From: Candidatus Nanopelagicales bacterium
Lineage (GTDB): Bacteria > Actinomycetota > Actinomycetes > S36-B12 > UBA5976
DNA: 60,964 nt
Assembly: GCA_016463095.1 (NCBI GenBank)
Contig: JAEMSA010000006.1
Coordinates: 1-60,964 of the forward strand
Reading direction: 5' to 3'
How positions within the stretch are numbered: the first letter of the stretch is position 1; every line of letters begins with the position of its first letter. The notes below the pieces were generated by a model. It saw only the letters and a list, made by a program, of their open reading frames with translations, was not told the DNA's origin and searched no databases. Positions 49,823 through 60,964 of this stretch are shown here, piece after piece. A program made the position numbers and the translations under genes.

Positions 49823-51266
49823 TCCAAAAGGCTTTATAAATAACAGAAGAGAGACCGCTAAAAGAAGACCAGTTGATTTGCGTTTGATGGATTGGCGTGA
49901 AGTTTATGAACCTTTTGAAACCAATAAATTAAAACTGCAAGCAGGACGATGCATGGATTGCGGTATTCCATTTTGTCATAACGGCTGTCCACTTGGAAAC
50001 TTAATACCTGAATGGAACGATCTAGTTTTCAATGAGGACTGGCGAGAAGCATCTGAACGTTTACACGCCACAAATAATTTTCCAGAATTCACTGGTCGAC
50101 TTTGTCCTGCACCGTGTGAAACTGCTTGCGTTGTTGCGATAAACAAAGAATCTGTGACCATAAAACAAATTGAAGTCGAGATTGCTGATCGAGCTTTCGC
50201 GCAAGGTTTCGTTACTCCACAGCCACCGTCAAGACTTAGTGGAAAAACTGTGGCAGTAATCGGTTCAGGTCCTGCGGGACTTGCTGCTGCGCAACAATTA
50301 GCCAGAGCAGGTCACACTGTGGCGATTTATGAAAGATCAGACAAACTTGGTGGTTTGCTTCGATACGGAATCCCCGAATTCAAAATGGAAAAAATTCACG
50401 TTGACAGAAGACTTGAGCAACTTGCAGCTGAAGGAATTAAATTTAGAAGTGGTGTTGAAATAGGTGTAGACATTGATGCAAATGAATTGCGCAAAAGATA
50501 TGACGCTGTGGTGATTGCAGTTGGGGCAACGGCTTGGCGTGATCTTCCAGTTCCAGGACGAGAATTTTCTGGCATATATCAAGCAATGGAATATCTACCC
50601 TTTGCTAATCGCGTTGCTTTAGGGGAATTAGCTAAATCTCCCATTGATGTGAAAGATAAAAATGTTGTGATTATCGGGGGAGGCGACACTGGTGCTGATT
50701 GTTTAGGAACAGCACATCGTCAAGGTGCCAAGAGCATAACTCAATTAGAAATTTTACCTCTACCACCAGAAACCAGACCAGATTATCAACCATGGCCAAC
50801 TTATCCAATGACATATCGAGTCACGAGTGCTCACGAAGAAGGTGGCGAAAGAATATTTAGTGTAAATACTCAAAAATTCTTGGGTGAAAAAAATCAGTTA
50901 ACAGGATTGGAAATAGTCGAAGTTATATTTAAAGATGGCAAATTTGAATCAGTAAAAGGAACTGAGAAAGTTATTCCAGCTGATTTTGTTTTTCTGGCAT
51001 TAGGATTTATCGGTCCTGAAAAAGCTACATTTATTGATCAATTGAAACTAAACCTTGATCCTCGGGGCAATATTGCTAGGGATGAAAATTTTGCTACCAA
51101 TGCTGATGGTGTTTTTGTTTGCGGAGATGCCGGACGAGGCCAATCACTAATTGTGTGGGCAATTGCTGAAGGAAGATCAGCTGCTGCTGCGGTAGACAAA
51201 TATTTGATTGGTGAAACTAATTTGCCTGCTCCAATTGAACCAACTTCAAGACCGATCAATGTCTAA
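49815..51266 (+). CDS. gltD: Glutamate synthase small subunit
   Basis: [37 protein letters not shown]. Confidence 0.98.
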   Translation: MGDPKGFINNRRETAKRRPVDLRLMDWREVYEPFETNKLKLQAGRCMDCGIPFCHNGCPLGNLIPEWNDLVFNEDWREASERLHATNNFPEFTGRLCPAPCETACVVAINKESVTIKQIEVEIADRAFAQGFVTPQPPSRLSGKTVAVIGSGPAGLAAAQQLARAGHTVAIYERSDKLGGLLRYGIPEFKMEKIHVDRRLEQLAAEGIKFRSGVEIGVDIDANELRKRYDAVVIAVGATAWRDLPVPGREFSGIYQAMEYLPFANRVALGELAKSPIDVKDKNVVIIGGGDTGADCLGTAHRQGAKSITQLEILPLPPETRPDYQPWPTYPMTYRVTSAHEEGGERIFSVNTQKFLGEKNQLTGLEIVEVIFKDGKFESVKGTEKVIPADFVFLALGFIGPEKATFIDQLKLNLDPRGNIARDENFATNADGVFVCGDAGRGQSLIVWAIAEGRSAAAAVDKYLIGETNLPAPIEPTSRPINV

Positions 51267-51280
51267 AATGTCCAATCAAA

Positions 51281-51286
51281 TAGAAT
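51281..51286 (+). promoter_or_regulatory. -10 box (TAGAAT) of probable leaderless pyk transcript
   Basis: TANNNT 7 nt before ATG 51294. Confidence 0.55.
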
Positions 51287-51293
51287 AGAAGAT

Positions 51294-52721
51294 ATGAGAA
51301 GAGCCAAGATTGTTGCAACACTTGGACCAGCAACAGATGATTTAGCAACTGTTCAAAAATTAATTAAAGCAGGATTAAATGTGGCCAGACTTAATATGTC
51401 ACACGGTGATCACGCCGATCATAAGAAAAGACTTGGTTTAGTAAGAGCAGCAGCCAAACTAGAAGGCAAAGAAATTGCTGCGTTAGCAGATTTGCAAGGA
51501 CCGAAAATTCGGGTTGGAACTTTTGGAAATGGGCCTGTTTCGTTAGTTAACGGTCAAAATTTCATCATCACAATAGATGACGTTATTGGCGATAAAGAAA
51601 AAGTCTCCACAACATATAAAGGCTTAACAGGTGATGTTAAAAAAGGCGATCCAATACTTATCGATGATGGCAAAATTAGATTAGAAGTTATCGAAGTCAA
51701 AGGAAACAACGTTCTTACAAAAATAATTGAAGGTGGCACAATCTCAAACAGTAAAGGTATAAATCTTCCTGGTGTTGCTGTGAATGTTCCTGCGATGTCG
51801 GATAAAGATGAAGCAGATTTGATCTGGGCTCTTGATAATGATTGTGATTTGATTGCTCTTTCTTTTGTTAGAAGCGCAAAAGATATTGAAAATGTTCATA
51901 AAATTATGGATAAAAAAGGTAAAAGACTTCCTATTGTGGCAAAGATTGAGAAGCCTCAAGCTGTTGAAAACTTGGGAGAAATTTTGCAAGTTTTTGATGC
52001 CATCATGATTGCTCGTGGTGATTTAGGAGTAGAACTTCCCTATGAAGTAGTTCCAATGGTTCAAAAACGAGCAATTCAAATGGCCAGACAAGTTGGAAAA
52101 CCTGTGATTGTTGCAACGCAAATGCTGGAATCAATGATTAATTCATCTCGCCCAACTAGAGCTGAAGCAAGTGATGTTGCCAACGCTGTGCTTGATGGGG
52201 CTGACGCATTAATGCTAAGTGGCGAAACCAGTGTGGGCGATAACCCAGTGGGCGTTGTAGAAACTATGGCCAGAATTATTGAACATGTTGAAGTAGAAGC
52301 ATTAGAAAAATTACCAAAACTTGAGTCAGAAGACCAAGGCAGCACTGGTCGAGCAGTTACAACAGCAGCTGTGGCAGTTGGAAAGGCAACTAAGTCCAAG
52401 TACTTGATTGCATTTACTGAAACAGGACGAAGTGTTCGACTAATGGCCAGACATCGCTCCAGTACACAAATTTTAGCTTTCACCACCGATGAAAAAGTAC
52501 AACGCCAACTTGCCATGATTTGGGGCACAGAAACTTTTCACACCGACACCGTTCAACACACTGACGATATGGTTGCCACAGTTGATCGCCATTTAACATC
52601 AAATAATTTGGCTAAATACGGTGAATTAGTTGTGGTAGTGGCAGGTGTTCCACCTGGGGTACCAGGCACAACCAATGGCATGCGAGTACACAAAGTTGGT
52701 ACTGGTGCAGACGAAAGTTAA
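51294..52721 (+). CDS. pyk: Pyruvate kinase
   Basis: KIVATLGPA, RLNMSHG, DLQGPKIR, AKIE, ARGDLG, ATQMLES. Confidence 0.98.
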   Translation: MRRAKIVATLGPATDDLATVQKLIKAGLNVARLNMSHGDHADHKKRLGLVRAAAKLEGKEIAALADLQGPKIRVGTFGNGPVSLVNGQNFIITIDDVIGDKEKVSTTYKGLTGDVKKGDPILIDDGKIRLEVIEVKGNNVLTKIIEGGTISNSKGINLPGVAVNVPAMSDKDEADLIWALDNDCDLIALSFVRSAKDIENVHKIMDKKGKRLPIVAKIEKPQAVENLGEILQVFDAIMIARGDLGVELPYEVVPMVQKRAIQMARQVGKPVIVATQMLESMINSSRPTRAEASDVANAVLDGADALMLSGETSVGDNPVGVVETMARIIEHVEVEALEKLPKLESEDQGSTGRAVTTAAVAVGKATKSKYLIAFTETGRSVRLMARHRSSTQILAFTTDEKVQRQLAMIWGTETFHTDTVQHTDDMVATVDRHLTSNNLAKYGELVVVVAGVPPGVPGTTNGMRVHKVGTGADES

Positions 52722-52754
52722 TTTCCTCTGCTAATCTAAATTTTTAGTAAGACA

Positions 52755-52790
52755 TCCTTTAATACCGTCCCGTGAGGCGGAGAAGGAGGT
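52755..52790 (+). promoter_or_regulatory. PyrR binding RNA loop overlapping the pyrR Shine-Dalgarno
   Basis: TCCTTTAA-taccGTCCCGTGAGGCGG-agAAGGAGG: CUUUAA and GUCCNGNGAGGC-type consensus, with TCCTT pairing the SD AAGGA; same architecture as mycobacterial translational repression by PyrR. Confidence 0.88.
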
Positions 52791-52800
52791 CGAGAAGCAC

Positions 52801-53361
52801 ATGAGTGCAAATTCTCGTAACTCTGCTCGTGTAGTACTTGAATCATCAGATATTTCCCGGGCATTAACTCGCATTGCTCATGAAATTTTAGAAAACAACA
52901 AAGGTTCCAAAGATTTAGTTCTTTTAGGTATTCCTTCCCGCGGTGTGCCGTTAGCAAAACGGATCGCACAAAAAATTAGTGAATTTGAAAAAGTTGTAAT
53001 TCCTGTTGGGTCACTGGATATAACTATGTATCGAGACGACTTGAGACTCAGACCACCGAGAGCTTTGGCTCCCACCGAAATTCCCGAAGGTGGAATTGAT
53101 CATAAAGTTGTTATTTTAGTTGACGATGTTTTGTTTTCAGGAAGAACAATAAGAGCAGCACTTGATGCATTAAATGTGATCGGTAGACCTTCAATGGTGC
53201 AAGTAGCAGTGCTCATAGATAGAGGACATAGAGAATTACCAATCAAGGCTGACTATGTGGGAAAAAATATTCCAACATCTTTGATTGAAACAGTGCAAGT
53301 AACTTTGGCTGATTTTGATGACGCAAGTGAAAACGTGACACTTTTTGGTGGTGAGGGGTGA
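52801..53361 (+). CDS. pyrR: Bifunctional pyr attenuation protein/UPRTase PyrR
   Basis: [39 protein letters not shown]. Confidence 0.98.
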   Translation: MSANSRNSARVVLESSDISRALTRIAHEILENNKGSKDLVLLGIPSRGVPLAKRIAQKISEFEKVVIPVGSLDITMYRDDLRLRPPRALAPTEIPEGGIDHKVVILVDDVLFSGRTIRAALDALNVIGRPSMVQVAVLIDRGHRELPIKADYVGKNIPTSLIETVQVTLADFDDASENVTLFGGEG

Positions 53362-54311
53362 AGAAACATCTAGTTTCGGCCAATGATTTAACTAAAGATG
53401 ATGCAGTGCTTGTGCTCGATACTGCTAAAGAATTAGCTGCAATTTCTGATGGTCTTGTAAAAAAACTTCCAACTCTCAGAGGTAGAACTGTAGTCAATTT
53501 ATTCTTTGAAGACAGCACACGGACCAGAATATCTTTTGAAGCAGCATCGAAAAGACTCAGCGCTGATGTAATCAATTTTAGTGCTAAAGGATCAAGTGTT
53601 TCCAAAGGAGAAAGCTTAAAAGATACAGCGCAAACCTTGCAATCAATGGGGGCTGATGCTGTAGTGATAAGACACGGTTCATCGGGTGCACCACATTTGT
53701 TAGCCACCAGAAATTGGATTAATGCTGTTGTAATAAACGCTGGTGATGGCACACACGAACATCCCACCCAAGCATTACTTGATGCGTACACGATTCGTAA
53801 ACACTTAAGAAACAACACCGGTGATCTAAGTGGTTTAAGAGTTGCGATTGTGGGAGATATTTTGCACAGCAGGGTGGCTCGAAGTAATGCCATCTTGTTA
53901 AAAACTTTAGGTGCAACACCAATCATGGTTGCCCCACCAACTTTGCTTCCAGTGGGAATAAAAGACTGGAGTGGAGAATATTCCTACAATCTTGATGAGG
54001 TTTTACCTGAAGTTGATGCGGTAATGATGTTGAGAGTGCAGCAAGAACGAATGAATGATGCATATTTTCCCACCGCCAGAGAATACGCGAGAAATTTTGG
54101 TTTAAATATTAGAAGACAAAAAACAATGCAAAAACATGCTCTAGTGCTCCACCCGGGTCCAATGAATAGAGGTATGGAAATAACTGCAGAAGTTGCCGAT
54201 AGTGCCAATTCTGTGGTTATTGAGCAGGTAGCAAATGGAGTAAGTGTGCGCATGGCTGTTTTGTATTTATTACTCGGTGGAACAAATAACGAAACTGGTG
54301 ATAAAAACTAA
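53358..54311 (+). CDS. pyrB: Aspartate carbamoyltransferase catalytic subunit
   Basis: [24 protein letters not shown]. Confidence 0.98.
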   Translation: MKKHLVSANDLTKDDAVLVLDTAKELAAISDGLVKKLPTLRGRTVVNLFFEDSTRTRISFEAASKRLSADVINFSAKGSSVSKGESLKDTAQTLQSMGADAVVIRHGSSGAPHLLATRNWINAVVINAGDGTHEHPTQALLDAYTIRKHLRNNTGDLSGLRVAIVGDILHSRVARSNAILLKTLGATPIMVAPPTLLPVGIKDWSGEYSYNLDEVLPEVDAVMMLRVQQERMNDAYFPTAREYARNFGLNIRRQKTMQKHALVLHPGPMNRGMEITAEVADSANSVVIEQVANGVSVRMAVLYLLLGGTNNETGDKN

Positions 54312-55603
54312 TGAAAATTTTACTCAAGAATGGTTCGATCAAAGGTGAAAAAGTATTAGACATATTGATCGAAAATGACAAAATTATCAAAATTGGTGCA
54401 CCTAACACCATCAAAGATACAGAAGCTGAAATTGTTGATTTGACAGGTTTAATTGTGTTACCTGGGCTGGTTGATTTGCATACGCATTTAAGAGAACCAG
54501 GTAGGGAAGACGCTGAAACAATCTCAACTGGAAGTGCCGCTGCAGCTAAAGGTGGTTACACAGCTGTGCACGCTATGGCAAACACTCTGCCCGTGGCAGA
54601 TACTGCAGGTGTTGTTGAACAAGTATGGAATCTAGGAAAAAGTGTTGGCTTGGTTGATGTTTATCCAGTTGGAGCTGTCACCATTGGTTTGTTAGGTGAA
54701 AATCTTGCCGAACTCTCTGCCATGGCTGATTCAAAAGCGCGGGTCAGAATTTTTAGTGATGATGGTAATTGTGTTTCAGATCCTGTTTTGATGAGACGGG
54801 CTTTGGAATATGTGAAAGCGTTTAACGGTGTTATTGCTCAACATGCACAAGAACCAAGACTTACCCAAAATGCGCAGATGAACGAATCAACTTTGTCAGG
54901 ACAACTTGGACTAACGGGTTGGCCCGCGGTAGCAGAAGAAGCAATTGTGGCAAGAGATGTGTTACTAACCGAACACGTGCAATCAAAACTACATGTTTGT
55001 CATGCTTCAACAGCCGGAACTGTAGAAATTTTACGATGGGCAAAAGATAAGAAAGTAAATGTTACAGCTGAAGTGACCCCGCACCATTTGTTCTTGAGTC
55101 AAATTCATTGCGAATCATATGACGCAAAATTCAAAGTAAATCCTCCACTTCGTAGAGTAGAAGACGTAACAGAATTAAGAAATGCACTGGCTCAAGGAAT
55201 CATTGATGTGGTTGCAACAGATCACGCACCTCATCCCAGGGAAGATAAAGAAGGCGAATGGAATAGTGCTGCTTTTGGAATGACCGGTTTAGAAACAGCT
55301 TTAGCTGTTGTGGCAACTGCAATGATTGATACAAAGTTGATGACCTGGTCTGATGTGGCAAGAGTGATGAGTGAGAAGCCAGCTGAAATTGGTCAATTAA
55401 CTGAACACGGTAGACCAATTGCAGAAAATGAAATAGCAAATCTCTGCATAATCGACCCAAATACGTCATGGAAAGTTGACGCTAAAGACACGCATTCACT
55501 AAGTACTAACAATCCATTCGATGGCATGACGTTAAAAAGTAAAGTTGTGCACACAATCTTTCGTGGCAAATTCAGTATGAAAAGTGGGCAAGTTCAAAAA
55601 TGA
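54311..55603 (+). CDS. pyrC: Dihydroorotase
   Basis: DLHTHLREPG, EVTPHHL, KVNPPLR, ATDHAPH. Confidence 0.97.
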   Translation: MKILLKNGSIKGEKVLDILIENDKIIKIGAPNTIKDTEAEIVDLTGLIVLPGLVDLHTHLREPGREDAETISTGSAAAAKGGYTAVHAMANTLPVADTAGVVEQVWNLGKSVGLVDVYPVGAVTIGLLGENLAELSAMADSKARVRIFSDDGNCVSDPVLMRRALEYVKAFNGVIAQHAQEPRLTQNAQMNESTLSGQLGLTGWPAVAEEAIVARDVLLTEHVQSKLHVCHASTAGTVEILRWAKDKKVNVTAEVTPHHLFLSQIHCESYDAKFKVNPPLRRVEDVTELRNALAQGIIDVVATDHAPHPREDKEGEWNSAAFGMTGLETALAVVATAMIDTKLMTWSDVARVMSEKPAEIGQLTEHGRPIAENEIANLCIIDPNTSWKVDAKDTHSLSTNNPFDGMTLKSKVVHTIFRGKFSMKSGQVQK

Positions 55604-56724
55604 TTTTTTCACCGGCGCTCTTGGTTCTGGAAGATGGAACAACCTTTACTGGTCGAGCCTTTGGCGCTACGGGGGAAACATTTGGTGAAGCAGTTTTTAC
55701 AACAGGGATGACTGGTTACCAAGAAACTTTAACTGATCCATCTTATTTTCAACAAATAGTAATTCAGACAGCCCCGCATATTGGAAACACTGGAATCAAT
55801 GATGAGGATGACGAATCTTCACGTATCTGGGTTTCTGGTTATGTGGTTAGAGATCCTGCCAGAGTTGCATCTAACTGGAGATCAAAAAGAACACTTGATC
55901 AAGAATTAGTTCAGCAAAAAATAGTTGGTATCGCTGGCATAGACACCAGGGCACTTACTAGACACCTACGCGACAAAGGTGCCATGAGAGCTGGCATTTT
56001 TTCTCAAAACATTGATGATCATGAAAAAGAATATTTCTTAAATAAAGTTAAATCTTCTCCCCAAATGAAAGGTGCAGATTTATGTGGCATGGTTTCCACA
56101 AAACAATCATTTGTGGTCCCAGCGGTTGGTAAAAAGCTTTACCAAGTAGCTGCTATTGATTTAGGTATGAAGAATGCAATCTTGCAAAATCTAACAACCA
56201 GAGGAATTGAATTAACAGTTCTGCCTGTTACAGCAAGTGCCGATGAAGTTTTAGCGGCAGGAATTGACGGGGTTTTTTTAAGCAATGGCCCTGGGGATCC
56301 AGAAACAGCCACTCATGCGATAGCTGTGACAAAAGAAATATTGAAGGTGAATAGAACATTATTTGGAATTTGTTTTGGTAACCAAATACTTGGAAGGGCA
56401 CTTGGTTTTGAAACATATAAATTAACCTTTGGTCACCGAGGAATTAATCAACCTGTGTTGGATAGAACAACTGGCAAAGTTGAAATAACTACACACAATC
56501 ATGGATTTGCAGTAAAAGCTCCACTTGATCGTGAAACTGAAACAGAATTTGGCAGAGTTGAAGTTAGTCATATTTGTTTGAATGACAACGTGGTTGAAGG
56601 TTTGGCTCTAAAAGATAAACCAGCTTTCAGTGTGCAGTATCACCCAGAGGCAGCAGCAGGTCCACACGATGCAGGTTACTTATTTGATCGATTCACCGCT
56701 TTGATGGATAAAAATAATGCCTAA
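55600..56724 (+). CDS. carA: Carbamoyl-phosphate synthase small subunit
   Basis: GMTGYQE, SNGPGDP, GICFGNQ, VQYHPE. Confidence 0.98.
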   Translation: MIFSPALLVLEDGTTFTGRAFGATGETFGEAVFTTGMTGYQETLTDPSYFQQIVIQTAPHIGNTGINDEDDESSRIWVSGYVVRDPARVASNWRSKRTLDQELVQQKIVGIAGIDTRALTRHLRDKGAMRAGIFSQNIDDHEKEYFLNKVKSSPQMKGADLCGMVSTKQSFVVPAVGKKLYQVAAIDLGMKNAILQNLTTRGIELTVLPVTASADEVLAAGIDGVFLSNGPGDPETATHAIAVTKEILKVNRTLFGICFGNQILGRALGFETYKLTFGHRGINQPVLDRTTGKVEITTHNHGFAVKAPLDRETETEFGRVEVSHICLNDNVVEGLALKDKPAFSVQYHPEAAAGPHDAGYLFDRFTALMDKNNA

Positions 56725-59700
56725 AAGAAAAGACATTAACTCAGTCCTAGTAATTGGTTCAGGACCAATTGTTATTGGTCAAGCATGCGAATTTGATTAT
56801 TCAGGAACTCAAGCTTGTCGAGTCTTAAGAGCAGAAGGTATAAGAGTAATTCTGCTGAATAGTAATCCGGCCACAATCATGACCGATCCAGATTTTGCGG
56901 ATGCAACATATGTGGAACCAATCTCAACAGAAATTTTAGAAAAAATAATCATCAAAGAAAAACCAGATGCAATTTTGCCCACCCTTGGTGGCCAAACCGC
57001 TTTAAACGCGGCAATGGCCTTACATAAAGCTGGGATACTTAAGAAATACAACGTGGAGCTAATTGGTGCCAAAGTTGAGGCAATTGAGAGTGGCGAAAAC
57101 AGAGAAAAGTTTAAAAAAATTGTTAACAAAATTGGTGCCAATTCTGCACAGAGCGAAATATGTCACTCACTTGATGAATGTTTAAAAAGTGCGCAAGTTT
57201 TGGGATACCCCTTAGTTGTTAGACCTTCTTTCACCATGGGTGGAGCTGGATCAGGAATTGCCTACACCGAAGAGGATTTAATAAAATTTGTTGCATCAGG
57301 CCTACAAGCATCACCAACTAGCGAAGTTCTATTAGAAGAAAGCATCATTGGTTGGAAAGAATACGAACTTGAATTAATGCGGGATCATCATGACAATGTT
57401 GTGATTATTTGCTCAATCGAAAACTTTGATCCCATGGGTGTTCACACGGGTGATTCAATCACTGTGGCACCAGCCATGACCCTGACTGACAAAGAATTCC
57501 AACACATGCGTGATGTTGCGATTTCAGTAATCAGAGAAGTTGGTGTCGATACTGGTGGATGCAACATTCAATTTGCTATCAATCCGCAAGATGGTCGAAT
57601 GATTGTTATCGAAATGAATCCCAGAGTCTCACGATCTTCAGCTTTAGCATCAAAAGCAACTGGTTTTCCTATAGCTAAGATTGCTGCAAAATTGGCCATT
57701 GGTTACACACTCAATGAAATTCCAAACGACATCACCAAAGAAACACCTGCTTCATTTGAACCCACCCTTGATTATGTGGTGGTAAAAATTCCAAGATTTG
57801 CTTTTGAGAAATTTCCTGGAGCAAACACAACCTTGACAACCCACATGAAGAGCGTGGGCGAGGCGATGGCTATTGGGAGAAACTTTTGTGAAGCGTTACA
57901 AAAATCTTTACGTAGTTTGGAGAAAAAAGATGCTCCGTTTGATTTTTCTGCCAGTAGTGAAGATGTAAAAGAATTAGTTAAATCAGCTGCCATACCAACT
58001 GATGGAAGAATCAACACGGTACAAAGAGCTTTGTGGGCTGGTGCCAGCGTTTCGCAATTACACGAGAGCACCAAAATTGATCCTTGGTTTTTAGATCAAA
58101 TTCAATTAATTAATGAAATAGCCTTGGAAATTCAAAAGGCCAAGCCTATAGATGCACATTTGTTAAAATATGCCAAACAGCATGGATTCTCTGATCTGCA
58201 AATTGCACAACTAACAAATTCAACTGAATCTCAAGTACGTCAAGACCGTCACAAATTAAACATCAGGCCCGTTTACAAAACTGTGGATACTTGTGCCGCT
58301 GAATTTGAAGCTAAAACTCCATATCACTATTCCAGTTACGATCAAGAAACGGAAGTCACAAAATCAAATAAGGAAAAAGTAATAATTTTAGGTTCAGGGC
58401 CTAACAGGATTGGTCAAGGAATCGAATTTGATTATTCCTGTGTGCATGCTGCTCAAACACTAAAAAAAGCAGGATACGAAACCATCATGGTCAACTGCAA
58501 TCCTGAGACAGTTTCAACTGATTACGACACATCAGACCGACTATATTTTGAACCGTTGACTTTAGAAGATGTATTAGAAATTGTTTACGCTGAGCAATTA
58601 TCTGGAAAAGTTTTGGGAGTAATCGTCCAATTAGGTGGACAAACACCTTTGGGGTTAGCACAAAAATTGAAAGATAATGGTGTTCCCATTGTGGGAACCA
58701 GTCCAGAAGCAATTCATTTAGCTGAAGAACGCGGTGCATTCGGAAAAGTATTAGAGAAAGCAAACCTACGTTCCCCAGCACATGGGATGGCTGCTTCTTT
58801 TGCTGAGGCAAAAAATATTGCAAATAAAATAGGTTATCCAGTTTTGGTCAGACCATCTTATGTTTTAGGTGGTCGCGGTATGGAAATTGTTTATGACGAA
58901 AAAAGACTGGCTCAATATATTGAAAATGCAACTGAAATAACACCAGATCATCCGGTGCTAGTGGATCGTTTTCTTGATGACGCGGTGGAGATTGATGTTG
59001 ATGCGCTGTTTGATGGTACAGAAATGTTTCTAGGTGGGGTGATGGAACACATTGAGGAAGCAGGGATCCATTCCGGAGACAGTGCTTGTTCACTTCCACC
59101 AATTTCATTATCAAAGGATCAAATTGAACAGATTCGTGAAAGTACTTACGCCATTGGTAGAGGAGTAGGAGTTATTGGTTTACTAAATGTGCAATATGCC
59201 TTAGCTGACAATGTTTTGTATGTATTAGAAGCAAATCCTAGAGCGTCTCGCACCGTACCTTTTGTTTCTAAAGCAACAGGAATATCTTTAGCAAAAGCTT
59301 GTGCACGAATAATGTTGGGAACCAGTATTAAAGATTTGAGAATTGAAGGTTTATTGCCCAAACATGGTGACGGAGCAGACTATTTGAGTGGTGCACCTGT
59401 GGCAGTAAAAGAAGCGGTGCTTCCGTTTGGTCGCTTTAGTGGTGTTGATTCTGTATTAGGACCTGAAATGAAATCAACAGGTGAAGTTATGGGAATTGAT
59501 GCAAAATTTGGTATGGCATTTGCTAAATCCCAAAGTGGTGCCTACGAGGGAGGATTGCCTCTTAAAGGAAACGTCTTTGTTTCGGCCGCTGATAAAGATA
59601 AAGAACAAATGGTTTCTTCAATCAAAAAATTGAGTGAACTTGGATTTAAAATATTTGCCACTACTGGAACATCTCAATTCATTGCTCAACATGGCATAAA

Positions 59701-60016
59701 ATCTGAGGTGCTACGTAAAGTTCAGCAAGGACATGTTGATGGGGAAGTTACCACCACAGAAGCAATCATGAATGGTGACATTGATTTAGTTGTGAACACA
59801 CCACATGGTGGTGGCACTAGAACCGATGGTTTTGAAATAAGAACAGCGGCAACTGCTAGAAACGTGCCTTGCATAACCACATCGCAAGGACTGAAAGCTG
59901 CAGTAGCTGGAATTGAAGCATTACAAAAGTCTGGTTTTACTGTTAAATCATTGCAAGAATGGGCAATAGAAATAGCAAAAGCACGTGAAACTTTCTATAA
60001 AGAAAACGGTCTGTGA
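56717..60016 (+). CDS. carB: Carbamoyl-phosphate synthase large subunit
   Basis: [17 protein letters not shown], duplicated ATP-grasp domains, [13 protein letters not shown] domain. Confidence 0.99.
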   Translation: MPKRKDINSVLVIGSGPIVIGQACEFDYSGTQACRVLRAEGIRVILLNSNPATIMTDPDFADATYVEPISTEILEKIIIKEKPDAILPTLGGQTALNAAMALHKAGILKKYNVELIGAKVEAIESGENREKFKKIVNKIGANSAQSEICHSLDECLKSAQVLGYPLVVRPSFTMGGAGSGIAYTEEDLIKFVASGLQASPTSEVLLEESIIGWKEYELELMRDHHDNVVIICSIENFDPMGVHTGDSITVAPAMTLTDKEFQHMRDVAISVIREVGVDTGGCNIQFAINPQDGRMIVIEMNPRVSRSSALASKATGFPIAKIAAKLAIGYTLNEIPNDITKETPASFEPTLDYVVVKIPRFAFEKFPGANTTLTTHMKSVGEAMAIGRNFCEALQKSLRSLEKKDAPFDFSASSEDVKELVKSAAIPTDGRINTVQRALWAGASVSQLHESTKIDPWFLDQIQLINEIALEIQKAKPIDAHLLKYAKQHGFSDLQIAQLTNSTESQVRQDRHKLNIRPVYKTVDTCAAEFEAKTPYHYSSYDQETEVTKSNKEKVIILGSGPNRIGQGIEFDYSCVHAAQTLKKAGYETIMVNCNPETVSTDYDTSDRLYFEPLTLEDVLEIVYAEQLSGKVLGVIVQLGGQTPLGLAQKLKDNGVPIVGTSPEAIHLAEERGAFGKVLEKANLRSPAHGMAASFAEAKNIANKIGYPVLVRPSYVLGGRGMEIVYDEKRLAQYIENATEITPDHPVLVDRFLDDAVEIDVDALFDGTEMFLGGVMEHIEEAGIHSGDSACSLPPISLSKDQIEQIRESTYAIGRGVGVIGLLNVQYALADNVLYVLEANPRASRTVPFVSKATGISLAKACARIMLGTSIKDLRIEGLLPKHGDGADYLSGAPVAVKEAVLPFGRFSGVDSVLGPEMKSTGEVMGIDAKFGMAFAKSQSGAYEGGLPLKGNVFVSAADKDKEQMVSSIKKLSELGFKIFATTGTSQFIAQHGIKSEVLRKVQQGHVDGEVTTTEAIMNGDIDLVVNTPHGGGTRTDGFEIRTAATARNVPCITTSQGLKAAVAGIEALQKSGFTVKSLQEWAIEIAKARETFYKENGL

Positions 60017-60870
60017 TGCCCATCGTTCATAAAGGCACGGTGGTCGAAAATAAAAAAGTAGGCAGCTATTTCGTTTTAACAGCAACAGCTGCTGAGATTC
60101 CAAATGAGTTTAAACCCGGAAACTTTGTGGCAGTGGCAATTGGAGATGAGCGAAGTTCATTAATACTTCGTCGCGCTTTCAGTATTTATCAAGTTAATGA
60201 TCGAGGTGTATATGGAGGAACCATTGACATTGTGGTTTCACCCCATGGGCCGGGCACAGATTATTTAGCAAACTTGAAAAGAAATGACGCCATAAATTTA
60301 GTGGGACCATTAGGCAAACCATTTAGTTTACCTAAAGATCCTGTTCCTTGTGTGCTAGTTGGAGGCGGTTATGGAGCTGCTCCTTTATTTACTTTGGCTG
60401 AGGCACTAACTGCTCGTGGTTGCAGAGTTGATTTTATTTTGGGAGCTTCAACTCAAGAAAAACTTTTTGGCATGCTGGAAGCAAGAAGAATCTCAACCTC
60501 ACTTTCTGTAACGACAAATGATGGCACGGCTGGTCAAATGGGTCTGGTAACAGATGTACTACCTGATGCCATAAAGAAATCAAACGCGGCAGTTGTGTAT
60601 GCGTGTGGTCCTATGAAAATGTTGCAAGCTGTTGCCGAAGTGGCAGCACTTCATGGAATTGTTTCTCAAACCAGTGTTGAGGAATCTATGGCTTGTGGAA
60701 TTGGTGTGTGCATGACTTGTGTGCTCCCAATTATTGGTGATGACGGTGTGACCAGAATGCTTCGCTCTTGTGTGGATGGTCCAGCGTTTCGGGGAGACAA
60801 AGTTCGTTGGCAAGACATAGGTCAAATACCAGATGATACTTACGGTGCACCAGTGCCAGGAAACCATTGA
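60013..60870 (+). CDS. pyrK: Dihydroorotate dehydrogenase electron transfer subunit
   Basis: [36 protein letters not shown] 2Fe-2S motif. Confidence 0.93.
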   Translation: MMPIVHKGTVVENKKVGSYFVLTATAAEIPNEFKPGNFVAVAIGDERSSLILRRAFSIYQVNDRGVYGGTIDIVVSPHGPGTDYLANLKRNDAINLVGPLGKPFSLPKDPVPCVLVGGGYGAAPLFTLAEALTARGCRVDFILGASTQEKLFGMLEARRISTSLSVTTNDGTAGQMGLVTDVLPDAIKKSNAAVVYACGPMKMLQAVAEVAALHGIVSQTSVEESMACGIGVCMTCVLPIIGDDGVTRMLRSCVDGPAFRGDKVRWQDIGQIPDDTYGAPVPGNH

Positions 60871-60964
60871 TGAAAAGAGTTCCCCAAAAAACAAGTGTTG
60901 ATATGTCAACAAGTGTTGCTAAATTAAATTTTCTTTCCCCAGTTTTCACAGCTTCTGGATGTGC
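60870..60964 (+). CDS. pyrD: Dihydroorotate dehydrogenase family 1B catalytic subunit (5' part, truncated by window end)
   Basis: ATG 60870 reads [31 protein letters not shown]; P...ASG motif, directly after pyrK. Confidence 0.75.
   Translation, partial: MKRVPQKTSVDMSTSVAKLNFLSPVFTASGC

Noticed and set aside
60890-60918. 11-bp direct repeat AACAAGTGTTG
   Set aside because: Only two copies 18 bp apart, in frame within the pyrD 5' end (TSV..TSV); not an array
6-60949. Numerous 60-150 aa antisense or alternate-frame ORFs in the track
   Set aside because: Shadow ORFs of conserved genes with no recognisable motifs or independent initiation signals

Overview
Core-genome segment of a low-GC (roughly 40% by eye, not computed), highly streamlined Actinomycetota genome, resembling planktonic freshwater lineages, with a Streptomyces-like gene order. 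It carries the dcw cluster (mraZ-rsmH-ftsL-ftsI-murEF-mraY-murD-ftsW-murGC-ftsQ ... ftsZ-pgeF-yggS-sepF-yggT-divIVA), ileS, lspA-rluD-dnaE, a his cluster lacking hisC, the trp cluster, dsbA-lgt-VIT1, gltBD, pyk and the pyrR-B-C-carAB-pyrK-pyrD operon (cut by the window end). The one clearly accessory block is a 6.2 kb minus-strand insert between ftsQ and ftsZ. It holds a three-subunit transhydrogenase (pntAA-pntAB-pntB) followed by two translationally coupled Cas4/RecB-like Fe-S PD-(D/E)XK nuclease genes. The larger one has two tandem Fe-S nuclease-like domains and ends in an SSB-like acidic tail (ENDEDIPF). An apparently exact 609-bp tandem duplication creates a catalytically truncated extra copy of the smaller nuclease. 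Regulatory elements seen: mraW RNA motif, FtsR-like operator before ftsZ, PyrR binding site, a candidate pseudoknot before gltB, a hairpin-plus-U-tract (no T-box) before ileS, and several leaderless promoters. No rRNA, tRNA, CRISPR array, integrase or IS was found.
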